A DNA stretch of 64,000 nucleotides from the human T2T-CHM13v2.0 reference genome, Homo sapiens: NCBI RefSeq assembly GCF_009914755.1, contig NC_060935.1. One strand, given 5' to 3'. The notes under the pieces are model-generated. The model made no database searches. It worked only from the letters and a program-made list of their open reading frames with translations, and had not been told where the DNA came from. Position 1 is the first letter of the stretch. The number at the start of each line of letters is the position of its first letter. Below, piece by piece: positions 1 through 16,032 of the stretch. Both the position numbers and the translations under genes were made by a program.

Positions 1-122
1 TTAGTAGAGATGGGGTTTTACCATGTTGGTCAGGCTGGTCTTGAACTCCTGACCTCAAGTGATCTGCCTGCCTCTGCCTCCCAAAGTGCTGGGATGACAG
101 GCCTGAGCCACCGAGCCCGGCC
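1..122 (-). mobile_element. Alu (left arm, truncated by window edge)
   Basis: Reverse-complement Alu consensus ..gcctcccaaagtgctggga..gagccaccg..cccggcc. Confidence 0.92.
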
Positions 123-1400
<1,278 letters not shown>

Positions 1401-1874
1401 GGAGAGAGTTTGGGCCTCCTGGGCCTCGTGTGGCTCGTAGGTGGGCTCAGAGCAGTGCTGAGTCCAGGGCAAACTACGCCTCACCATTGAGGCAAGACCC
1501 TGAGGGGCACTCTGCCCACCGCACCGTGAACTTTGAGTGGCGAGGTTTCTCGGTGGTGCTGGCGGGAGCAGTGCTTTTCCCAGCCTCTGTGAGCTCCGCT
1601 GCTCTTCCTTCCAATCCTTCGGGTCGTTGCTCGCCAGCCTTAGTCTCCTCCCAGGCACGTGCTGAGCGGGTTCCCTGCCAAACGCTCAAGACGGACCTTC
1701 TGCAGGTCTCCAGGCTTTGCTCTGGGCAGCTCTCTCCCTGCCAGTGTCCTGTGCACTCCAGCTGCCGTGGTCTCCCCGGCCTCTCATCTGAGCTCTTCCT
1801 GAGTTCTCCTTCCTGGCCCCTTGTCCTGGAAACCCTCAGGCGGTGACCTGGGCAGTTTAGGGCTGTTTCCTGTC

Positions 1875-2530
1875 TGCCATGGACTGAACGTTTGTGTCTT
1901 CCCCACCCTCCGGTTCCTGTGTTGAAATCCTGGTGCCCAAGGTGACGATATTAGGAGGTGGGGACTTGGGGAGGTGGCAGAGCCCTCAAGAATGGGGTTA
2001 GTGTCCTTACAGGAGAGATCCCAGAGCCGGGCGCGGTGGCTCACGCCTGTAATCCCAGCACTTTGGGAGGCCGAGGCAGGTGGATCACCTGAGTTCAGGA
2101 GTTCGAGATGAGCCTGGCCAGCATGGAGAAACCCTGTCTCTACTAAAAATATGAAAATTAGCTGGGCATGGTGGTGGGCGCCTGTAATCTCGGCTACTCG
2201 GGAGGCTGAGGCGGAGAATCACTCGAACCTGGGAAGTGAGCTTGCAGTGAACCGAGATTGTGCTACTGCACTCCAGCCTGGGTGACAGAGTGAGACCCTG
2301 TCTCGAAAAAAAAAAAAAAGAGACCTCAGAGAGCTCTCCCACCCCTTCTACCAGAGGCGAAGGGGACCCAGTGGGAAGGTGCCGTCCGTGAACCAGGGAG
2401 TGGCCTCACCAGACATCGAATCTGCCAGAGTGTGGATCTTGAACGTCCCGTCCTCTGCAGCCGTGGAGATGCGTGTCTGTTGCTTTTATGCCGCTCAGGC
2501 CATGGCGTTTCCGGATAGCAGCCAGGTTGG
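1875..2530 (+). mobile_element. MaLR LTR (MLT1/MST-like), interrupted by Alu
   Basis: tg..atggactgaacgtttgtgtc..gttgaaatcct..ttaggaggtgggg..ctcaccagaca..gatcttg..tagcagcc motifs typical of MLT1/MST. Confidence 0.7.
2026..2320 (+). mobile_element. Alu (AluS-like), full length
   Basis: gccgggcgcggtggctcacg..poly-A; imperfect TSD agagatcccaga/agagacctcaga. Confidence 0.95.
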
Positions 2531-3277
2531 AGGGACCCGCTGTCTCTCTGGGACCACTCTCTTCGTCGCCTGATGTCCACCGTCTTGACAGATGTTGTTT
2601 CCCATATTTCCTGGAGTTTTTTAGTTGCTAAATCCTGGCCTCTGCTACTCTCTTTGCTAAAAATGCTAGTCCTTGATGAAATGGAATCTTGATACTTTAA
2701 TACAGAGTGGAACATAGTCACTAAATAAAACCTGGAAAAATGTAGAAGAGTAGCAGGAAGAGAACACACCCCAGCCCCGCGGTCCACCCACCCGCAGTCC
2801 CTATCGCCACCTCCTGGCTCTGGTTTCCCTGCTCGTGGGGCTGGGCAGCATTGCTGCAACTCTTGATTCGCTTTCCTGGGGCCACCATAACCAAGCAGCA
2901 CAACCCGGGAGATGGCTCAGAGTCTCTCTGCGTCCTGGGAGCCTGAGATCCAGGAGTGGGTGGGTTGGAGAATGGTTCTCCCTGGGTCACTCTGGAGGAC
3001 CTCTTAAGGTGGACTTCTTAAGGGACCCCCGGCTCCCACCTTGCCAAAGAGCCTCCGAGCCACACCTGCCTCCCGCAGGCCTCCAGTTGGTGCCCACATG
3101 CAGCCCCCGCCGTGGGGTCACCCTGGGGTAAGGGTCTCTCCTCCCCTGCTAACCTTCTGCTGGGTCTTGGCATCCCTGGGATGAACCCTCCTGGCCTGGA
3201 CCTTGCCGGCCCACATCAACCCCCAGCCCTCTGCTCCTTGGCCTCACCCACAGCCTGCAGAATGTAGGTGAGTTTCC

Positions 3278-3340
3278 TGATGATAATATAATAATAGCAA
3301 TGATGATGATGATGATGATGATGGCAATAACAATGATGAC
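3278..3340 (+). repeat. (GAT)n-type microsatellite
   Basis: tgatgatgatgatgatgatgatg with degenerate flanks. Confidence 0.85.
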
Positions 3341-6300
3341 AGTCAACACTGCCGCGTGCCGGGCTCTGGCCCTTTGCATGTCTGGGCCGGCTGTACAAGG
3401 CACTGCTGGGGCTCCCGGGCTGGGAGCCAGGGACAGGCACCGTCACAGCAGCCAAGGGGCCCCCCTACCACCCCAGCACCTGCTGGCCCTGAACCAGCTG
3501 CTCCTTGAGAGCTTTGACAGACTCTTCCGCTTGGCAGCATTTTAATCTGCTGGTGCAAGAGCCTTGTCGCTTCCTCAAAGCCTGTGCCCATGGCCGTGGG
3601 CAGCTGCCTGTCCCTGTATAGGCAGAGCTGCGTCATGCCCTGTGGCCCCAGGTCTGGCTCTGGGGTTCTGGCTGGGCGGGGCCTGGAACCTTCTGGGAGT
3701 CACCATTGACTGGCTGCAGCCACCGGCTTCCCAGCAAGGATGTCCTCTTCTGTAGGAAAATGGGGACGTCGGGAGCATTCTCTGGACAGCAGGAGATGCA
3801 TGTCGACAGGCTGGCCCTGCCTCTTCCCACCCCAGAGTGGTGAGTGGGGATTCTGGGGACTTCCCTGGCCCCCATGGGCCTCGCGTGTCCTGGTGCCCAT
3901 GTGTCTCCAGTCCCAGGGTCGGCCACGGTGTGGACCCCTCCACTTTCCTCCAGGCCTGAGGTGGGGCCCGGGCGGCCTGTCAAAGAAGAGCCCAGCCCAG
4001 ACCCTCCCCAGATCCCTGGGGGAAGGAGGCCACCAGGCACCCTGCCTTCCTGCTGCCTGTCAGGGTGAATCTCAGGGGACCCTGGTGCAGGAGGGGCTGG
4101 CTCTGAGCTGGACAGGCCTCTGGGGTTGCCCTGGTGGCCTTCCCTCTCTCTGGGTCAGACGTGCCCAGGCAGGGAGGGTCCAGGCCATGACAGAGCCGGG
4201 CCAGCTGGGGACAGGGCATCCCCCAGTGCAATCCTTGTAGCGAACGGGTCCTAGAGTGCAGCTGGCGGGACACTCCCGCCATCACTGGATTTACTGCAGG
4301 TGGAGACGGGTTCTGTACCCACGTAGATGAGGAAACAGGCACAGAGAGGGGGCAGCCTGCCCAAGGTCACCGGGGAGGGAGTGGAGAGGCTGGATGCCCT
4401 TGGGCCCAGACTGCAGCCTCCCCTCCCCGATGTGCTGCGGCCCCAGTGTCCTGGGCCCCATGTGGCGCCTGAGCCCACAGGTGTCACCAAAGGTCTGAGT
4501 TGCGGGGACAAAGGCGGGGACAGGCCCGAGGTGCGGGGACAAGGGCGGGGATGGGCCTGAGGTGCAGGGACAGAGGCGGGGACAGGCAACCCCTGCGGTT
4601 CGAGGGGTAGGTGGCCACACGTCAGTCCCTGGGAGGGCCAGGCAGGAGGTGGGCCCAGCGGGGCTGGGAAATGAGGGGCCAGTGCCCCCACGCTCACTGC
4701 AGGGGATGTGAGAGGGCGAGTGGTCGCTCAGCCACACCCACACCCGTGTGTACAGGACCCACGCCCGCCCGCCTTGCTGTCCCGCCCGTGCACGGCTCAC
4801 ACAGCTTCTCCCATTATTCAGGCGCTGCCGGGCCCTGCAGGACTCAGATCGTCCCTGTGCCACTTGGCAGGGTCACCCTCACGCCTGCCCGGTGGCCCCA
4901 CCTGCCCCACCTGCCCAGCTTCTCTCCCTTCTCAGTGCTGTCTGTCCCAGAGCCTCCCATCAATGGGGCCAGAGGGCTCTGGCCCGGCTGTGGGCTGACT
5001 GTTCTCCCCAAGATGCCTGAGAGCCACCCGGGCACCGGACTTGCCAACATGCAGGCACACGCAGGCACACACCTGGGCCACACGGCCCTGAGCACACGCC
5101 TTGCCCAGCCCTCCTCCGGGCTGTGGTGCGGGTGCCAGGTGCCACCTGCTGGCGGGCTACAGCATCACGGCTCTCGCCCTCCGGAACCTTCCATGGTGCC
5201 ACACCAGCCTCTGGTCTGGCTGCAGACGGCTTGGGCTGGGCAGGGAAGCTTCCACTGTCGGGGAACCTGGGACCACAGTCTTTGCTCCAAGCGCCCTGGG
5301 CGGGTAGAGGCCAGGTCCGGTATGAGGAGCCCTGGTTCCCTGAGGTAGACAGAGCCAGGCAGACGTTGAGGAGACATGGGGGCTGTAGCCCTGGCCCCAC
5401 TGCCCGACTCTCTCTCTGCATTTCGGGAGCTGGCAAGATCCAAGGGGGTCCCCAAGGCCCTGAGGCTGCACTGAGCACCCCTTTCCTGCTCATTTTCAGA
5501 TGCAGCGGTGTCCTGGACCCCTGGGGAGAGGTGACCCCCCCAGCAGGAAGCTGGGCCTGGTTTCTGTCCCTCTGCAGCCACAAGGCCTGGCCAGGATGCT
5601 GGGAGCACCACACCCTGGAGACTCAGCTCACCAAGGACTCAGGGGCGGGGGCTCCCCTGGCACCTGGGAAGCTGGGCCCCCGGCCCCCTGGACTCCCACC
5701 CAGACACCATCTCAACCCAGGTCTGTCTGCTCTCCCCGTCACTGCCCTGGGTTCTCCACTCCTGGACCCGACCCTGGTCCTGGGGCAGTGTCCCAGCTGC
5801 TGTGTCCCAGGCCCCCCATCCACTGCCCTTGGCCCACCTTCTATGTGGCCCATTAGAGGGGTGTGGGGGCTGCAACCTGCTTCTGCTGAACCCCTAGGCC
5901 TGCCAGGGGGCATCAGGATTCTGCACAGAGAGGCAGGGGACCCGGCCAGACATGCAGGTACCCACGTACCTAATTCTGGGCCTTGGGGCAAGGACTGCGT
6001 ATTTATCCTGGCCCAGGCAAGTCTGGGGGTGTCTGAGGGGTGGTGAGACGTCTGGGCAGATTGTCCCTGCCCTGCTCTGCTCTGCCCCACCCTGGCCAGC
6101 CCTCCTGGCTTCTCAAGGTGCTCCTGGCCACGATGGCACAGTCCCCCAGGCCCAAAATGTGCCCCCATGCTGCCCGAATGCCAGTGCGGGGGCTGGTAGC
6201 AACCAAGGCCATGCCCTCCCCTCCCCCTCCTGGGGCACCTGCCCCCACGCTGTGGCCATGGCTCCCTGGCTCCACCAGCTTCTTGTGACCCCTGAGGCTC

Positions 6301-7792
6301 CCCAGCTCCTGGCCCCCCATGGAGAGTTCCCTCCCCATAAGGGGGGGCCAGACACCCCCCTGTGCCCACTCCTTGGGAGACTGGCATTAGATCCTGGCTG
6401 TGGGACAGGCTGGGCCACTCTGGGGGTGAGACCAGGCTTCTCCCACCTGGGGGACCCATCCTGGCTCCGGACTTGGGCGGGTGACAGCCTGGGTTTCCTG
6501 TGTCCTCACCGCCCGCTTATCAGCAAGATGGGGATGTGGATGACAGGAGTGCTGGCCACGGAGGGCCTGGTGTGGGTGGCCGTCGGGACGAGGGTAGTGT
6601 GGGCGGCCACGGCAGTTGGTGCTACTGCTGGGAGGGGCCGAAGGTGAGGCCCTCCTGGGCTGTGGGTCCCTGTAAGCCACTGCCCCCGTGGGGTGTGCAG
6701 TCACCAAGCCGACCTGCTGCCGGGGTTCCGCCCCCTCCCTTTCCCTTCTGCTTCCCCGGCACCTGTGTCCCAAGCCTGAAGCCCTGTCCGTGTCAGAGGT
6801 GGCACCTCCCTGGGCACGGGCACTTGGACGCTGGTGCCTCCCCTGCTGCGGACCCCTTTGCTGTGGTCAGGGCCTCCTCCCTGCACTGGCCCCGCCTGTG
6901 ACCGCAGGCCTGGCGGGGCCCTCAATGGCCACAGAGGGCACAGGCCGGGGCCAGGAGGGCACCGTCTCCTGGGGCACAGATATGCTGGAGTGAGCTATGG
7001 AATTGTCCATCAGCAGCGGCAAGCTTTGCTGAGCGCCAGCTGTATGCAGAGCAAAGGCGGGCCAGCCGGGAAGGGCCAGTGAGGACCTGGAGTCCCCAGC
7101 ATCCCCAGGAGCCTGCACCCCTACGCGGGGGACGCCTGGGCAGCTCCTCCCTCCTCCACTCCCCGCCCTCTCCTCCCCTCCTTCCTGCAGTTCCCACAGC
7201 TGTTTGGGTGCCTCCCGTGGCGCCTGGTTGAGCTGCAGGGGGAGATGTGTGTGGACACTGCAACCCTCCCGAAGCTGGGCCTGGAAGAAATGACTTCCCC
7301 AGAACCTTATCTGGGCCGGAGAGGGGCGTTGGCAGCGGGGGTCTTGCCGCCTTCCGGTCCTCTGCATGCCAGGCACCACCTGGGGCCGGGCCAGGGCAGG
7401 CTGCCTGGACACCATGGACCTGCCCAGCTGTAGGGGAGGTGTGTCCTGCAGCCCTACCCGAGGCCCAGGCCTGCGTGGCTGAGAGGACTGAGGACGGCTG
7501 ACCCCCTTGGTGACTGCCTGGGCCCAGAGGGGAGTTGGGGGAGTGGTCAGCTGGGTGTGGCCAGCCCTGGGGGAAGGATCCAGGGACTGTGTCCACTTAG
7601 GGATAGGAGGCAGCTAGCAGAGCCCTCCCAGCTGACCAGGGGAGGCCCTGTGGGCACAGGAGGGGCCCCAGGTGTAGGTACAGGTGCAGGGCTGTGCGGC
7701 TCTGTGTCACCCAGGTGGAGCGTCTTGCCCCGTTTGATGGCTGACAAAGTGCCCTTGAATGCGTCAGACCCAGCGTGGTCCCAGGGTCCTGA

Positions 7793-7950
7793 CCCTAACA
7801 TACCACCCCAAATTACCCTCACCCCAGCCTACCCCTGCCCTAAATTCACCCCAAGCCTCCACCCAAACCCCTTAGTCCCAACACCTTAACCCTAGACCCA
7901 ACCCTACACCCCAAGCCCTAATCCCTAACCGCTAGCCTCACCCTAACCTT
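7793..7950 (+). repeat. Degenerate (CCCTAA)n-like tract
   Basis: ccctaa, ccctag, ccctca and ccccaa hexamer variants. Confidence 0.6.
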
Positions 7951-9536
7951 CCTACCGGATGCCACCTGGCAAACATCCTCCTGGCCCCTATCTGCCCCTC
8001 CCCCGGGGATCCGGGAGGCAGTGGGGTCCCTGGGAGGCTGCTCCCTGCAGAACGCGATGGACAGATGCATGGGCACCGGGCCCCAGCACCCTCTGGCTTC
8101 CTTCATCCTCCCCAGGCACTTCCCCCGGGCCAGAGGGCAGCCTGGCAGCCCTGGACTCCGGGAGGGCCGAGTCTGGGGAGCTGGACGACGTCACATTCCA
8201 CTCTTGATGATGCCGCCCCAGTCCTACAATCTGGACAGCAGGAGAAGCTGCCCATTTCCTCCATCTCCGGTAATGAGAAGCAAATGCTGATCCTGGCCGT
8301 CTCCTGGCTCTTGGGTCCCTAGGTTCCTGCTGCCCCTGCCAGTTCCTGGAAGATGCCAGCAGGAGGGAGGGCAGTGGAGCTGGACTTGCGCCCACAACAG
8401 GATCTGGCCATAAACGCAGTCAGGGCGAGGCTGCGGGGTGGGTGGCTGAGCCTCCTGGTGGACTATCTCCCCTCCCACCCCCCGCCCTGGCCCGCAGCTG
8501 TTGGCTCTTCCTGGGAAGCCACAGCCTTTGTTTGTTCCTTGAAGGAGCTGGTGCGTTGCCTGCGAGCTCCTCTGCAGGCTTGGGGGTCGCACCTGCTGTC
8601 CACCCCCCTCGAAACCAGCTCCATCCAGCAGCAGGCTGCAAGCCTGGAGAGGCCACCGGGGACCAGGCAGGGAAACTGAGGTCCCAAAAAGGCAGGGAAC
8701 AGGTGCAGGGGGCCTGTCTGACCTGCGCTGGGACTGGGCCAGGTGAGTCTCCTCCAGGGCCCAGCCCCATCTTGGACAGAGGAAGTTGATAGTCAGGAAA
8801 GGCAGGAGTGGCCTCTTCTAACAATTTCAGCTCTGAAGGGGCCAAGGGTGGCGATGCTGACAGCATTTCCTCCAGCTCCCACCTGCCTGCTCCGGGGAAC
8901 TCCCTACCCAGGCATTGATATTCACCTGGTGATACTAATAATTGTCTCAGGTGATAAATTGTCTCAGCTGCTCTCCCACATGGCCCACAGGTCCCTGGAG
9001 GTTCCCCGGATCCTTTCAGGGAAGACCATGGGCCCTAAACGATCTTCATAACAAAACTGAGAAGTGGCCTGGCTTCTTCACTGCGTGCCTGTGTGCTGGG
9101 ATCTAGCGTGGCCCGACTGGGCAGCTCCTTTCCTTCCCTGACGCTGCTCCAGGGGAAAGAAGGACCAGGGTCAATCCGGGGTGCCCCAGGTGGATCAGCG
9201 AATGCCCCTGAAGCCAGGTGCCAGTTGCATCCCCGTCAGATGCCCCCACCCCAGTCTCCTGAGCCTCATTAGTCACCCCTCATTTTCCTCTGGGGACCCC
9301 AGGCCCCAGCTCCTGTCTGGTTAGAGGCTGAAGGGGTCTGAGCGACACCTACCCTAGGGGACCTCCGGAGGGGTCTTGGTGTCCTCTGACTTCTGTCCTC
9401 AGAAGGGAGCTCAGAATGCAGCTGAGGCTTCCCCTGGGGCCCAGGGTGTCTGTGTCCGAGCCACAGCCAGAGTGTGCCCTGGAGAGTCGCTGGGATGCAC
9501 GGTGGGCTCTCGTCATCCTGTCCCCACTCCAGGCTC

Positions 9537-9622
9537 AGGCTGGAGCCGTGATGGCACCGCTGCACTCCAACCTGGGCAACAGAGTGAGACCCTGTCTCTA
9601 TAAAATAAAAACAAAAATAAAG
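9537..9622 (+). mobile_element. Alu 3' fragment
   Basis: ctgcactccaacctgggcaacagagtgagaccctgtctc plus A-rich tail. Confidence 0.8.
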
Positions 9623-10699
9623 AAGAGCATGTGGTTTCTGCAGTTTCCTGGCCAAAAATGCATAACTCCAATCTCAATCATAAGAACACATCCAACGTCC
9701 CCAACAAGGGGAGGTTCTACACACACCTGCCCAGAGCCCCTCAAAAGTGTCAAGGTGTGAAAGACATGGAGGCATGTAGAAGACGGGAGAGCCAGTGTGG
9801 CCTGTGGTATGTTCATGACGGTCACAGGTCAGCGCCCACGGTCACTCAGCAGCCATGCCAGGCAGGCCCCAGGGGCCCAAGAGGAAGGTGGGATGTGGCG
9901 GGATGGGGGCTCTGCACGGCCCTGCAGCACAAGTGCCCTGCCGACTCCAGGGGCAGCAATCTGGTCCCCTCATGGTGCCATTCCCCAGGGACGGGTCCTC
10001 GCCTGCCTCGCCGGCCCTCCACAGACAGGACAGGGACAGGTCGTCAGCTGTCACGGAGGCCCTCGCAGTTTTCTGAATGTGGACTTGCTGTTCCTGCCCA
10101 TGGCTTCGTCCACGGACTCGACAGCACCCCACTGTCCATCACACCCCCACCGATGCTGCTTCCCACAGCAGGACTCATCCCATGCTCAGGCAGTGCTCCC
10201 AGGAGCAGCGGGTTAATAGAGCGTGGGACGGCCCCTGAAGACCAGTTATGGCGCCGGCCAGGAGGCCCTCTGAAAGGACGGGCGCAACCCCGCAGAACAG
10301 ACCAGGTGCTCGCCATCCATGTCCGGTGCCGCTTCTCTGTGGCGATGGTATCCAGGAATCACGGGTGGGAGTCACGGCCACAGTCCCTGTCGCACCAGCC
10401 GCCTGCCCACACAGCCACCGTTCACTCTAGCTTGAAGGTCCCGCTTCCTCAGGGAGGAGCACTCCCTCCAGGGTCGAGGTGCTGGCCGTGTGGAGTTCGA
10501 CGTCGGGACTGTCCCCAGGGGCCTCTCTTCCCACTGAATCGACAGAGAGAATGTGAGCTTGCTGTCCGGCGGGCGGGGCCGGGGATCCTGTCCGTCGAGG
10601 GGACACCGGATTGCTGCGGAGAGAGGACTAGACCCAGAGTCCAGCCAAGACCAGAACTGAGACCAGGCGACCAGCAGAGCCTGCACAATAATAATGCTT

Positions 10700-12030
<1,331 letters not shown>

Positions 12031-12184
12031 ATCACAGACTTCTTATCATGAAATCATTTTAGACTCGTAGAATCCTGGTAAAAATAGTATAGAGAATGGT
12101 GATCTGTCATCTCTGGGCAGGGCAAAGGGAGCTGGGGCGACCAGGCAGGAGGGAGGTTTGCTTTCATGATCTGTTCTTTACCTA

Positions 12185-12880
<696 letters not shown>

Positions 12881-13279
12881 CATTAAAATAATTTAAAATT
12901 TTAAAATAATGTTTAGTAAAATAATGTTTAATAAAAAATAATGTTTAATGTTTAATGTGAGAAATGCTTATATGGTAAAAAATAAGGAAAAAGGATAATT
13001 TAAAAAAGAGTGAGAAGAAAATAGAGTCAGATATTTATCTGATCTTTAGAGAAGAGCACTTTTCTAAGCATACAAACAAAGGAAGAAATAATAAAGAAAA
13101 AAAGTGACAAATGTGTTACCTCCCTAAAAACGCGTGCGTAAGAACAAGGGTTTGATCCTCACTGACGGGGTCCCAGGTGCTGACTCGAGTCCAGCAAGCC
13201 CCAGAGCCAGAGGCTGAGTGCAAACCACGGAGGTGACCTCCATGGCAAGAGCGGTGTGGCGTGTCCGTCCCGCACAGAC

Positions 13280-13660
13280 AGAAATGCGGTCCAGGGGTGT
13301 GGGAGGACCATGAAGGGGTCACGCTGAACGTGCTGCAGGTGCCCACCAAGCAGACAGTCTGCCTTTCGAGGTGTGGTTCAGGGAGTTAGCAGGGCGCTAA
13401 CCGCTGGCTGCTTCGTTGGGTGCAACATAGACAGAAAAGGGGTCACATTAAACTGGAAAGGCCAGACCTGGCTTGGTTTACTGTGGAGGAAGGGATGCAA
13501 AGGCCTAGGGAGATTGGAAGGCTAGGGTAGGTTTGTCACTTAAGACCTCCTCACCCACCAGAAGGTCCAGAAGACAGACCTTTCCCCACACTGGGAACTA
13601 GATTAGTGAGTGGGGTAGAAATAGGGACAGATCCCTGGGCTGCTCTTCTCTGAGGGCCAC
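13280..13660 (+). mobile_element. ERVL-type gag remnant
   Basis: Translates to PDLAWFTVEEGMQRPREIGRLG* and EGPED, resembling ERV-L gag (..PDLPWFxVEEGIQRLREIGMLEW..) as recalled from memory. Confidence 0.55.
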
Positions 13661-13930
13661 AGACCTCACAGTGGGAGCCACAGCCACTCAGCTGGAAAAG
13701 AGTCGCAATGGGAAGAATCGACCCGGGACAGCCGAGCGGTGGCTTTCAGCCGTCAGAGGCGAGGGGGACCTGGGACTGCCAGGAGGTGGCTCTCAGCCGT
13801 CAGAGGCAAGGGGGATGCGGGCGCCATCATGAGTAGCAGAGGCAGAACGACAGTCAAGCTGGGCTGACCCCTTAGCCACAGCTCTCCTAGGAGGAAAACA
13901 GAAAGCCTGGGAAGATGGTACTGGATCTGC

Positions 13931-14192
13931 GGGAGGCCAAGGTCGGGGTGTCACCTGAGACCAGGAGTTCAAGACCAGTCTGGGCAATATAGTGAGAACC
14001 CCATCTCTAAAAACTAAAAAATTAGCTGGGCTTGGTGGTGCACACCTGTGGTCCCAGCTACTCAGGAGGCTGAGGCAGGAGGATGGCTTAAGCCCAGGTG
14101 TTCAAGGCTACAGTGAGCCAAGATTGCATCACTGCACTCCTGCCTGGGCAACAGAGCGAGACCCTGCCTCAAAATCAATCAATCAATCAATA
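13931..14192 (+). mobile_element. Alu (AluJ-like)
   Basis: ggaggatggcttaagcccaggtgttcaaggctacagtgagc. Confidence 0.88.
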
Positions 14193-15102
14193 ATCATGTT
14201 CTCAGCAAATATTTAACTTCCCCGATATATTGTGGGGGAAAAGACGCTGTAAAACAATCTGTGGTAATAACCAGGAGAACTTAGGAGCACCCGTGGGTGC
14301 CCATGCGGGCAGAGATTCACGAACACTGTTCACCCCCATAACCAGCAAGGGTGCTGCTATCCAGAACCCATCGCAGATGAGCAACTGTGCCTGCCCAGGC
14401 CAGGCCACGGCACCCAGCAGCCGGGACCCCTCCCCACCTGAAACGATACTGCCACCTGGGGACCCCAGGCCGCTGACATGGGGACGCGCTAGAGCTTTCG
14501 AACACGTCTCTGCATCTGGACATGCCCTCGGTGCACGTGTATTGCTTTAAGTTCAGAGACGTCAAATGTCATTTAATGAAAAGACTCCGGCTACATAATT
14601 GTCCCCAGGAATGCCCAGGACAATGTCAGGAATCTCCCAGACCTGCACAGAAGGTGGGAAAGATTTTGAAGGATTAAGAGGCTTCTCGGGGGAGGGGGAG
14701 GGGGACATTTTTCTTCCACCCACGGACAGTTTTGTGTTTTCTGATTTCTGTAACGAGTGCCACAGCTCTGTATGGAAAACAGCACTGCCTTTGGCGTCCC
14801 TCCCAATTCCTGGCACATGAGTCAAGGGCTCCCATAGCGTCACCGTTGAGGGCAGGGCAGCCCTGGGCTCACAAAGTAAAGATGGAAAGGGCCAGGCCTC
14901 ACTGCAGGGTCACCCCGAGGCCATAAAATCCTGCACCTTATGCCTTGGGCACCATTTAATACAATTAAACGGTGCAATAAAGGAAGGGAGTAATAAAGAA
15001 AGCAAATGTCAGCCAGCGAGGACATCCGGCACAGGCCACACCCCAGGTCCAGCCCCACTAGGGTGGAGTTTGAGGTCCCTGGGAACCCCAGAGTCTATGC
15101 AC

Positions 15103-15252
15103 TGCTGTGCCCAGCTAATTTTTTAACATTTCTGCAGAGACAAGGTCTCCCTAGATTGCCCAGGCTGGTCTCGAACTCCTGGCCTCAAGCGGTTTTCCCA
15201 ATGTGGCCTCTCCAAATGCTGGGATTATAGGTGTGAGCCAGTGGGCCCGGCC
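15103..15252 (-). mobile_element. Alu left monomer/FLAM-like
   Basis: cccagctaattttt..caggctggtctcgaactcctggcctcaagc..gggattataggtgtgagcca. Confidence 0.8.
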
Positions 15253-15978
15253 ACGTGCTCTTATGTAGCTTATCAGAGTGTATGACGCTGCCTGTCCCAT
15301 TGCTGGGGATGTTAACCTTGAACCCTTGGTTCAGGTGGCGTCTGCCAGGTCTCTGCACTGCAAAGTTACTATTTTGCGACTTTGTAATTAATAAATATCT
15401 TAGGGAAGATACTTTGAATTCATGTAAATAACTTGTTTCTCTTCTAACCTCAGCCTATTGACTTTAGCATACCTCTGTAGACAGCTGTTAATCCTGTGGC
15501 CTCTGATGGTGATTTTCTATTTACTTCATTTCTTCTGCATTAAGTAACTGGAATTCTATTAAAATAAGCTGTTTCTTCTTATTTGTTTGTGCAGTTATTT
15601 ACTTCACTATGGGTTTGTAGATACTTATTTTATTATTTGGGTTATAATCCAACATTATCTTTATTTTGTTTCTCAAATTGTTCCAGTGTTGGCCATGGCA
15701 GCCCCTTCACAGTGGCTCCTGTGTGCTTTCACCCTATCTGTTTTTGAGCCCTTCCTCACTTTCTGGCACCATAAAATGCTCCAGGTTTATCTTGTAATTT
15801 CCTTCCCCAGAGACCCAGCTACTTCTCTAAGGAGTCCTGATTCTTTTAATTGGAAAATGGTATTTAGAAACCAAGATCTGGACATTGGGTGTGGTAGTTA
15901 CTACTGGGGTGTCATTTTTTTTTGGTAGACCTTCTCAGGGGAGAATACTAGAAAGCATCTGTATATACCCTAATCCAT

Positions 15979-15987
15979 GCACACACA

Positions 15988-16028
<41 letters not shown>

Positions 16029-16032
16029 ACAC
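15979..16032 (+). repeat. (CA)n microsatellite
   Basis: Direct inspection. Confidence 0.9.

Noticed and set aside
3300-3345. Poly-Met ORF start
   Set aside because: Product of the (GAT)n microsatellite
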